Shown one piece after another: positions 9,951 through 17,273 of a stretch of 64,000 bases of DNA (positions are counted from its first letter, which is position 1; every line of letters starts with the position of its first letter). This DNA is from Planctomicrobium piriforme (GTDB lineage Bacteria > Planctomycetota > Planctomycetia > Pirellulales > UBA1268): NCBI GenBank assembly GCA_945869735.1, contig CAMBPQ010000011.1:1023-65022 (forward strand). The letters run 5' to 3'. The position numbers and the translations under genes were made by a program. The notes beneath the pieces were generated by a model that was not told the origin of the DNA, did not search any database, and saw nothing but the letters and a program-made list of their open reading frames with translations.

Positions 9951-10109
9951 TCGAACGCATTCGACTTCCGTGGATCGCCGGCTCGGGGCGGCAAAATTCT
10001 CGTCGCCGGGGCGAGGATACGCTCCAGGCTCCTCGAGCGTTCGCCGACCCCCTTGCCTCCCTCCTCCAGGCTGCCATCTCGCCGCTCCACCAAAGGCAGA
10101 GGCGGTCTA
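9951..10109 (-). repeat. Family-1 MITE-like repeat, copy A (reverse orientation)
   Basis: Aligns by eye over about 160 bp with 13587-13748 and 50725-50884. Shared cores are gggggtcggcgaacgctcgag and cgacgagaNttttgccgcc. Confidence 0.8.
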
Positions 10110-10157
10110 GTCGGCCGTGCCCTCGAGGTCGAACTCCGTTGCGACCGTGCTGCCGAT

Positions 10158-10672
10158 CTACGATTGCACGAGCCGCGACTCGGCCTGCACGGCGACGTGG
10201 GTGGTCACTTCGCTGGCGAAGTTGACGAGGTCGTAGACCCGGCACTTCACGGGCCATAGCCGCTGGCGGCGAACCGGGAGCGTGTCGAGGTCGGTCAGGC
10301 CGTAGAACTCTTGAATTCGGCCGGTCAGTCGGTCGAAATCCTTGAGTGCCCGGATCTTGTGGGCCGGATCGATCGCCTTCGTCTTCACGAGCTGACGGGA
10401 AAGCCCGTGCGCCTCGCGGACCGACGCTCACGACGACTACGATGCCAGGAGCCGCTCACCGATCGCCGTGAAGCCGTCGGCATGGTCGAAGCCCTCGATG
10501 GCGCGTGTGCCGGGGGTTCTTGCTCGCCGGGACCAAGAGATGTTTTGCGGACAAGCAAGCAGCGCCTTCGCAGCGGCCCGGGAAAGCTCTTCTTTCGCGC
10601 CCAACTCGACATCACGATGTGGACGAAGCTCGTGCAGATCGAGCGTGTCCGAGAGGACAGGGAGATCCGTCT
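10158..10672 (-). pseudogene. Decayed ORF fragments in two minus-strand frames (unidentified gene remnant)
   Basis: Hand translation gives two fragments. The first is DRQTDLPVLSDTLDLHELRPHRDVELGAKEELSRAAAKALLACPQNISWSRRARTPGTRAIEGFDHADGFTAIGERLLAS*. The second, in a different frame, is ASVREAHGLSRQLVKTKAIDPAHKIRALKDFDRLTGRIQEFYGLTDLDTLPVRRQRLWPVKCRVYDLVNFASEVTTHVAVQAESRLVQS*. Both look protein-like, but the first has no convincing start and I recognise no family. Confidence 0.3.
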
Positions 10673-11256
10673 GACGGTCTTATGCGGAGGGCGGACGAAT
10701 CCAATCGGCTGTTCAATCCGTAACGTGGGTAACGTACCGCAACTCTCCTGGTAGTGGGTTGTAAGGATCTTCTTGCGGTGACCTGGGGACTTCATCGAGC
10801 CATCGACGATCTGAGCTGTGTCTGAAGCGGGATGCCCCGCTCCCCAGCCCGCGGCGATGATCTCGCCCACATAATCATCGGCGTTTGGTTTGGTGTGGAC
10901 GACCGCCCGCGTGGCAGTCTTCTCCACGAAGAACACCTCGTCCCAGCCGATGGAGCCAGGATTGATCGCCCGGTTGATCGGGTGATGGTTGCAGGTGCGA
11001 TGCTCGTCAAACGACGCGGCTGCAGGCTGGAGGTGCTCCATTTTCGATAGCGTGCCATCCACTCAGCATGAGCCTGAGCCGCCTTCTCGAGCGCCTTATC
11101 GTAGGTGCAGGGCTTCAGCCTGTGCTGTTGCCGCTGGACGTTGATTCGGCCGAAGACATCGCGGACGAATGGGGCTTCTTGGGCAGATACGGTCACGCCC
11201 GAGGCGGCACGGCCTTGGCCGACGACGCCGTCCAAGGTGCTTTGCAGTCCTGACAC
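10673..11256 (-). pseudogene. CAP/SCP/PR1-like (YkwD-type) domain gene, interrupted by a frameshift
   Basis: The N-terminal half is in one frame from the GTG at 11256: FGRINVQRQQHRLKPCTYDKALEKAAQAHAEWMA. The C-terminal half is in another frame: GEIIAAGWG...SMKSPGHRKKIL. The switch lies at or near an A4 run (plus-strand T4 at 11041-11044). The 3' boundary is uncertain because the frame stays open to 10385. Confidence 0.5.
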
Positions 11257-11260
11257 TTTT

Positions 11261-11962
11261 TTACCTGAGGAGGCTCGCGACCAGTTCAGGCACGCCTTCG
11301 CAAGCGGTCTTGGCGATGCATTCGCAGATGTCGCCGGGCACAAGATCGGGCACCTCGGGATTCACGACGATCCGTCGGGTGCGGCGGGGCGCTGCGTCGA
11401 TGAGCGAGTTGGCTGGGTAGACCTGCAGCGACGTGCCGACGCAAACAAAGATGTCAGCCTGCGACACGATCCTGGCCGCCTCGTCCATCGCAGGCACCAT
11501 TTCTCCAAACCACACGATGTGCGGCCGCAGTTGGCTGCCGAGTGGGCATGTGTCGCCGAGGGCAATGTCGGTGTCGCCAAGGTATTGTGTGTGGCTCGGA
11601 TCCCGCGTGCTCCTGGCGTAAAGAACCTCGCCGTGCAGGTGCAGCACATGCATCGAGCCGGCCCGTTCATGGAGGTCGTCAACGTTCTGCGTGACGATCC
11701 GAACGTCGTAGGCGCTCTCCAGGTCGACGAGGGCCCGGTGCGCGGCGTTCGGCTGTGCCGCCCGCACCTTTCGCCGCCGCTTGTTGTAAAACTCGAGCAC
11801 GAGGACCGGGTCTTTGGCCCAGGCCTCGGGCGTGGCCACATCCTCGACGCGATGACCCTCCCAGAGGCCGCCGTCGCCGCGAAAGGTCTGCAGGCCGCTT
11901 TCGACGCTCATGCCAGCGCCAGTGAACACGACGACATTTTTCCTCGAGACTTCAGCGGACAC
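11261..11962 (-). CDS. cobB: Sir2-family NAD-dependent protein deacylase (short CobB-like form without the Cys4 zinc module)
   Basis: FTGAGMSVESGLQTFRG, TQNVDDLHERAG, HLHG (catalytic His), RPHIVWFGE and GTSLQVYPA. GTG start with AGGAGG 8 nt upstream. Confidence 0.85.
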   Translation of the reverse strand: MSAEVSRKNVVVFTGAGMSVESGLQTFRGDGGLWEGHRVEDVATPEAWAKDPVLVLEFYNKRRRKVRAAQPNAAHRALVDLESAYDVRIVTQNVDDLHERAGSMHVLHLHGEVLYARSTRDPSHTQYLGDTDIALGDTCPLGSQLRPHIVWFGEMVPAMDEAARIVSQADIFVCVGTSLQVYPANSLIDAAPRRTRRIVVNPEVPDLVPGDICECIAKTACEGVPELVASLLR

Positions 11963-11984
11963 GGAAGAGCCTCCTGGTGGTGTG

Positions 11985-13337
11985 CTACTTGATATTCAGC
12001 GCTTCTTCGCCCGCTTGGGCAATGCGTTCGATGACCGCGATCATTTCGTCTTGGCTTGGATGGGGCGATAATCCGGTCGCGGCGGGAGTCGCCGGGTCGA
12101 GCCGCAGCCGGTGTGGCAGTTCGATGCCCGGGTTTTGCCAGAGTTTTGCAAGCCGCGAGGGACTCACGTTGCCGAGCCCCTTGAGCGATAGCGATCCGCC
12201 TGCATGGGAGGCGAGGATATCTGCGACTCGGTCGGTCACGCTCGTGATGCCATCGAGGGTCAGAAGCGGATGCCTCACAAGTTCACGGGCTGTCTCCTCG
12301 GTGAGAGCCGTGATGCCGTTCAACGAGAGTTCTCCTGCTCGGTGTGTCGCCAGGATCGCGGCCACCGGCGGCGTGACGTGCTCGATATTGTTCACAAAAA
12401 GTCCGGAGAGGCCGGGGATGCCCCGTGGACCCTGCTGACTCGCGAGGATCGCAGCAGTGCGTTGATCCAGCGTTGTGAGTCCGCCGAGTAAAAGTGGCCC
12501 GACATGCTGGATGAGCGACGCGAGGTGGTGGTCGCGGATGCCGCTTGGCGGCGAGAGCGAGAGGGATCCTTCGTGCTGGCCGAGGGAGTGCACAACGGCA
12601 TCGGTGATCTCGACGGCATTGAGATAGAGCGGACCTCGATGCTTCGAGAGAAGGTGCGCCTCGGTCGGCGAAAGCGACTTGAGCCCGCGGAGGCAGAGAT
12701 GCCCTGTCCGGCTGCCGAGTGCGTGGGCGGCGGCTTCCTTCAGATGCGTGAGCCGGTGGAGGTGCAGCTTGCCGAAATGCCTTGCAAGGTGCGTCGCCAC
12801 CTCGTCGGGCAGCCAAGCCAGCCCCTCGAGAAACAGATCGCCGCGCTGGCACGACAGGGCGGCTGCGGCACTCGGCGACAGGTGCTTCAAGCCCCACAGG
12901 TAAAGCTCGTTGTCGTGCTGCGCCAGGCCGAGGGCGGCTTTGTCATTGAGGTTCTGGATGCGTTTGAGTGAGAGTTCGCCATCGTGACGGCCCAGCGACC
13001 AGGCGGCTGAGTCGGAGAGCCTTCGGAGGTTGTTGAGCGAGAGCCCGCCGCCTGTGTGCTTCCCGAGTTCGGCAGCGACGGCATCGGTGACGGTCGTCAG
13101 CGTATCGAGATAGAGGTGCCCTCGATGCTGCGCGAGTTGTCGGGCCACGGAGAGCGGGAGGCGGATGACCTCATGCAGGTAGAGATGCGTGGCATAGTGG
13201 CCGATGATACCTTCGGCTGCGTCGCCGGGTGATCGCTCGAGTGAGGCCTCTCCGTAGGTCGCGGCCACGACCGGGTCGAGAGCGTCGTTCGCAAGCGTCG
13301 GCCCCGTCGCCGGAATGGGCCGGCGAAACAGGGCCAC
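11985..13337 (-). CDS. Leucine-rich-repeat-like protein, about 15 tandem 23-residue repeats
   Basis: Visible periodicity with consensus xLxLxGLxxLsxxaAxxLaxHxG, for example ELSLKRIQNLNDKAALGLAQHDN, ELYLWGLKHLSPSAAAALSCQRG and DLFLEGLAWLPDEVATHLARHFG. Confidence 0.7.
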   Translation of the reverse strand: MALFRRPIPATGPTLANDALDPVVAATYGEASLERSPGDAAEGIIGHYATHLYLHEVIRLPLSVARQLAQHRGHLYLDTLTTVTDAVAAELGKHTGGGLSLNNLRRLSDSAAWSLGRHDGELSLKRIQNLNDKAALGLAQHDNELYLWGLKHLSPSAAAALSCQRGDLFLEGLAWLPDEVATHLARHFGKLHLHRLTHLKEAAAHALGSRTGHLCLRGLKSLSPTEAHLLSKHRGPLYLNAVEITDAVVHSLGQHEGSLSLSPPSGIRDHHLASLIQHVGPLLLGGLTTLDQRTAAILASQQGPRGIPGLSGLFVNNIEHVTPPVAAILATHRAGELSLNGITALTEETARELVRHPLLTLDGITSVTDRVADILASHAGGSLSLKGLGNVSPSRLAKLWQNPGIELPHRLRLDPATPAATGLSPHPSQDEMIAVIERIAQAGEEALNIK

Positions 13338-13445
13338 GAGTTCCCGGGCTCGAGCCGCATCAAGGTGGCGGATCCTACTCGTGTATTCCCGCAGGGATCG
13401 CTGGGTTGGTGGTTGATTATTGTTGAAGGTGTTTACTCTTTTCGG

Positions 13446-14510
13446 TCATTCGGCCAAGACGGTCACGTAGAGTGGGGTCGCTGCGTCGAGGGAGGTATCG
13501 AACGCCTCGAAGCGGTGGTGCGAAGCCGCGTGCGGGGCGGAAGCCGTTCCTCCTCCGCGGGCGTCGATCGAGTGGACACGTGGTTGTCTAGATCGCATCT
13601 GCCTTTGGTGGAGCGGCGAGATGGCAGCTTGGTGAAGTAGGCGAGGGGGTCGGCGAACGCTCGAGAAGCCTGGGGCGTATCCTCGCCCCGGCGACGAGAC
13701 TTTTGCCGCCCCCGAGCCGGCGTTCCACGGAAGTCGAATGCGCTCTAGCCACTCGCGGATCGGTTCGATGGATGGCGGTTCGGTTGCCGCGCCGCTCGCC
13801 TGATCACGCTGCTCCCGCTGCCCGATGGCCTCCGTGGCTGCTGCCCGCAGTAGTTTTCGCCAGAGCTTGGCGAAGAGGTGCGGGCTCGCATAGTGATCCG
13901 CATGGCTGAGGACGCCGTTGATCGCCCACACCACGCCGACCGCGCTGCCGCTGGTCTCGGGCAGGGCCTTATCCAACACGGCCGCATAGTCCTCGACCGC
14001 GTCGGTCACGCCTTCGCTTTCGTAGGTGAGCTGCAGGCTGGTGGGGGATTCGGCGTCACTGACCTCCTGCTGAACCGCTTTTACCAGTTGCTCCTGCTCT
14101 TCCGTGATCCTGTCCCACACCTCGCTTTGGCTTTTTGAAAACCTGAGGGCGAGTCGGGCCTTCTTCGACGCGAGAAAGTCCTTGGCTGTGGAGAAGAGCT
14201 TGTCCGACTCCTTGTGGCGGCGGTGCCAGCGCGACCGCTCTACGCAGGAGGCGGGGAGCGGGATTTTTCCCGACCTGGCCGGCACGATGAAGTCGGCACC
14301 GATGGTGCGGTCCTGGCGGCCGCCCTTCACGATGTCGCCTGCTTGGATGAAGAGGTCGACGTTGCCCGTTTCATGAAGCACCGCCGTTTCGGTGGCAATC
14401 GTCTCCTCGAGAACCGCGTAGTCGCGGGCGGAAGAGACGGCCGCTGGCGGGGCGAAGATGAACCACGCGGTCAGGTTATGGACACGAACGGGCTGGCTCA
14501 GCGAGGGCAT
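13446..14510 (-). CDS. ARPP-1 / DUF6569-like protein; the C-terminal third reads through a repeat element
   Basis: NLT..., AGDIVKGGRQDRT, IPLPASCVERSRWH, SQSEVWDRI, VGVVWAINGVL and LFAKLWRKLL match my memory of ARPP-1 family motifs. This has not been verified against a database. Confidence 0.55.
   Translation of the reverse strand: MPSLSQPVRVHNLTAWFIFAPPAAVSSARDYAVLEETIATETAVLHETGNVDLFIQAGDIVKGGRQDRTIGADFIVPARSGKIPLPASCVERSRWHRRHKESDKLFSTAKDFLASKKARLALRFSKSQSEVWDRITEEQEQLVKAVQQEVSDAESPTSLQLTYESEGVTDAVEDYAAVLDKALPETSGSAVGVVWAINGVLSHADHYASPHLFAKLWRKLLRAAATEAIGQREQRDQASGAATEPPSIEPIREWLERIRLPWNAGSGAAKVSSPGRGYAPGFSSVRRPPRLLHQAAISPLHQRQMRSRQPRVHSIDARGGGTASAPHAASHHRFEAFDTSLDAATPLYVTVLAE
13587..13748 (+). 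repeat. Family-1 MITE-like repeat, copy B (forward), inside the ARPP-1-like ORF
   Basis: Best-bounded copy. The ends are tctagatcgcatctgcctttggtgg ... ccacggaagtcgaatgcgctctag, an imperfect terminal inverted repeat of about 24 bp (18/24 by eye). Confidence 0.8.
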
Positions 14511-14639
14511 CGTGCGTACTTCAGAATGAGCAACGCATCAGGAACCAATCCGATGGGCGTCGCCGCCCGGCAGACTGCTGCAACATTCTTTTCGTGAGGA
14601 ACGAGTCCTCACGCACATCCCGCCGACATTTTCATGCCG

Positions 14640-14855
14640 GCGGAAGCACCGTTTGCCGTGCAGTGGCCCGGTTGCCGAAACACCTCTGAGGCGTTTCCAA
14701 CACGTCTTGGGGGACGTATCGTTCCTGATGCTATGTGCACTCTATCCAACGACTTCCTCGAAGACCATCTTTCGGACGGCATCGAGCGTGTCATAGCCGG
14801 GTTCTCACAAACGCCGGGCCGCAACCATGAGGGACCAAGGTTGTCCCTGCCGTAG
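14640..14855 (+). mobile_element. Possible IS630-like transposase C-terminal fragment
   Basis: The + frame reads ...EAFPTRLGGRIVPDAMCTLSNDFLEDHLSDGIERVIAGFSQTPG*. This resembles the extreme C-terminus of IS630/Tc1-type transposases. The similarity is weak and by eye. Confidence 0.3.
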
Positions 14856-14856
14856 G

Positions 14857-15138
14857 TCACAAGGGCGCACGCCGCCGCTTCAACAAAGGTGCAGTCTTGT
14901 TGAGCTCCCGACGCTCTTGCTTCATACGGCGCACCCACGACTCACTCACATCAAACTTCGTCGCAACCTCGCGAGTGCTGCGACCTCTATCGCACTCCAA
15001 CTCAGCCCGCTGCCACTCCGGCAGCGGCAACGTCCCCACTTCGTGAACGACGCTGTCCCAGATCGCGTCGGCGAGTTGGGGTCGCTCTTCGATGCTGAGC
15101 CGGTCGAGCCCCAAGTCACGAAGTGAAACGCTTGCCAT
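14857..15138 (-). pseudogene. Chimeric ORF: truncated addiction-module antitoxin (Unstab_antitox-like) fused to an IS630-type transposase HTH fragment
   Basis: MASVSLRDLGLDRLSIEERPQLADAIWDSVVHEVGTLPLPEWQRAELE is the antitoxin-like part. It is followed by CDRGRSTREVATKFDVSESWVRRMKQERRELNKTAPLLKRRRAPL*, which is a transposase N-terminal HTH. Confidence 0.5.
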
Positions 15139-15415
15139 GGAGGTGTCTCCGAATCCGTGTTGGCAACAGAAAGGGAATATACGCCCGTGCACGTATGGTG
15201 GCACGCGGGCGTTGGTGGGTATCGCTTCGAGCGAATCTGGCCGGGACCAAGGCTGTCCCTGCGGGTTCGTGCCCTGCCGGCAGGAAGCCAACCGTCGATG
15301 AGCAAGATGACCCGATTGTCGCGGAGGTGGCTCACGACCAAGGACAAGGTCTACCCGCTCGTCGACTCGGCCCTTTCGATTCCACCTCGAAAAGGTGCCA
15401 CCTTCTTGCTCGCAG

Positions 15416-15489
15416 TACCCTCGACTGGGATCGAACCAGTAACCTTCAACTTCGGAGGCTGACGCTCTATCCAATTGAGCTACGAGGGC
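15416..15489 (-). tRNA. tRNA-Arg (anticodon CCG)
   Basis: The 74-nt sequence GCCCTCGTAGCTCAATTGGATAGAGCGTCAGCCTCCGAAGTTGAAGGTTACTGGTTCGATCCCAGTCGAGGGTA folds by hand into a cloverleaf. The anticodon loop is CTCCGAA and the T-loop is TTCGATC. Confidence 0.9.
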
Positions 15490-15588
15490 ATATCCGACGC
15501 CTGGAGTCTAGCAGCCTCGGTAGGTCGGAAAAAGCAGTGGCCTTTCGCGGCCGCGGCTGGCAGTGACGGCCGAGTGACGGGCCGATGG

Positions 15589-16602
15589 TCAGGCCGACCG
15601 CTTGAGAGCTGGGGCCCGTGAATCGACGCGCGGTCGGGATGGTGACTCGTGCGAGCCGTCGACCCTGAGCGTGCGGGCCGATGTCTCTCCAGCTACGGGA
15701 TGGCGGGCCTCTTGGCTCATAAGAATCGCGAGTTGCCGTGTGCGGGGCACGCATGAACCAAACTGCACGAGCGCCGCGAGCCGGCCCGCAAGCATGCCGA
15801 ATGTGCCCCAGGGGACCGTCGCCGCCGCATGCCGCAGCACCTCGCCGGCGTGGGCGATCAGAGCAGGCACCAGACGTTCGCAAGATAGCGATCGCCAGAA
15901 GAGCCGCTCGGCATGGAGGCCGGCCGTAAACCCGCCGCAGCACTGCTGGGCCGGACCGCTCACGACCCGTGAACTGGTCTCGACGATCACGTCGAGCTTC
16001 GCCGCTGTGAGCGCCGCCGCCATGTCGGCGGCCGCGAGCGAGTCGCCGCATGCCGTCGAGAAACCGATGGTGGTCAGGACCTCGGCCCGCCAAAACCCTG
16101 CCTCGATGATCGGAGCCGACGGCGCTACGCGCATCGTGATGCTGCCATCGTCGTTACGATGCGGCACCACCGGCACGCTCCTGCCCCCTGCAGCGCGGTA
16201 AATGCCAGCCACTACGGGCTGGTCGCAATCGCCCTCGGAAACAGCGAGCGGCACCACGGCGCCGACGTCGCCGCGAGCAAAGTGGTCAAGCGCCCGATCG
16301 GTCCAGCCCGCGGTGGCCTTCCAGCCCGCGGCGAGCACGTGGACCACGTCGCCCGTACTCGCGGCCGCACCGGCGTTGATGCACTCGACGAGGCTCACAG
16401 CCTGAGGCACGTCGACGAACGTGACCTCGTCGCGGATGTTCCACGGATCGTCATAGGGGACGCCGAGCGCGACGATTACGTCGCAGGCGTCGGGCCGATG
16501 TTCGAGGACGCTGATGAGCGTTTCCTCGAGCGCAACGACGTTGGTCGCGGGAACTACGATCGAAAGCCGGCGCGGCCGCCCTGCGTAAGCCTGCATCGAC
16601 AT
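15589..16602 (-). CDS. Glycosyltransferase family 2-like protein
   Basis: LSIVVPATNVVALEETLISVLEHRPDACDVIVALGVPYDD is a GT-A fold N-terminus. The rest is not diagnostic. Confidence 0.55.
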   Translation of the reverse strand: MSMQAYAGRPRRLSIVVPATNVVALEETLISVLEHRPDACDVIVALGVPYDDPWNIRDEVTFVDVPQAVSLVECINAGAAASTGDVVHVLAAGWKATAGWTDRALDHFARGDVGAVVPLAVSEGDCDQPVVAGIYRAAGGRSVPVVPHRNDDGSITMRVAPSAPIIEAGFWRAEVLTTIGFSTACGDSLAAADMAAALTAAKLDVIVETSSRVVSGPAQQCCGGFTAGLHAERLFWRSLSCERLVPALIAHAGEVLRHAAATVPWGTFGMLAGRLAALVQFGSCVPRTRQLAILMSQEARHPVAGETSARTLRVDGSHESPSRPRVDSRAPALKRSA

Positions 16603-16693
16603 AAACCCCCCGCTTCATCCCGTGCGGGCCGCGCTGACGCTCCCCCCGGAACGCCCACGAACTCCGCTGTTTTCCGATATGAGGCTGTCGCGA

Positions 16694-16972
16694 TCAGGCC
16701 GCGGCTCGCTGTGGCTGGAGTTCTGTGAACAGGTTCACGGTGTGCAGCATCTCGCCGTCAGCGTCGTAAAACTGCAGAACACCCACGTCGATCATCCACA
16801 TCGCGAACATCTCCGACACGCGATAGCACCGCGCCACGCACCGGCCGCGGTCGATGCGGATGTTTTCCTGGAGATCATCGACGTCGACGACGCAGGCACC
16901 CAGTTTGATGAAGTGACGCGAAACGAGACCACGGACATCCGCGGCATTCATGTGCAGACGCATGGAAGGCAA
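16694..16972 (-). CDS. Hypothetical protein (92 aa)
   Basis: ORF with protein-like composition and no recognised motif. It follows a 300 bp untranslated upstream region. Confidence 0.4.
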   Translation of the reverse strand: MPSMRLHMNAADVRGLVSRHFIKLGACVVDVDDLQENIRIDRGRCVARCYRVSEMFAMWMIDVGVLQFYDADGEMLHTVNLFTELQPQRAAA

Positions 16973-17273
16973 CCTCCTGTTGCGGGCTGACGATTCGACG
17001 TCTTGTCGATCGGGTCGGGAAACCTATCGTGGCGCCGCCGCTGACGAAAGGCTGGTTTACCGAGGGAAGGAGTCCCGTGTGAGACATCCCTACCCGACAC
17101 CATAGTTTGGGACATCGACTGGGGACCCTGGCCACGATGACCCACGGATTCGACCGCTTCCCATCCGACAGATCCGGTGTCGTCGACGCAGATTGCCAGG
17201 TCGACGCAGTCGGACGGGTCGTGGCTCCGGTTGGCGGTTTGGACCGCACTCGCCGTGTCGGTGCAGAGACGCG

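Noticed and set aside
9750-10431. Track ORFs 9750-10259 (+, 169 aa) and 9763-10431 (-, 222 aa)
   Set aside because: Both are read-through translations of repeat copy A and its flanking non-coding DNA, with the same peptide strings recurring wherever the repeat occurs. They are not genes.
11261-11962. Sir2 gene as a Thoeris/DSR/SIR2-HerA-type NADase defence effector
   Set aside because: It is only 233 aa and retains all sirtuin deacylase motifs (GAGxS, TQNVD, HG, FGE), with no fused sensor, TM or helicase partner. It is retained only as a contextual member of the ARPP-1 cluster hypothesis.
9800-15415. A precisely bounded genomic island with a tRNA-Arg att direct repeat
   Set aside because: I looked for a second copy of the tRNA 3' segment (ctgggatcgaaccagtaacc) and found none in the window. 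No integrase gene is present either. Only the term 'accessory stretch' is justified.
16973-17273. 300-bp upstream region of the 92-aa gene as a riboswitch or ncRNA
   Set aside because: I could not recognise any known riboswitch core or strong conserved-looking structure by eye. It would need a covariance-model search (Rfam) to say more.
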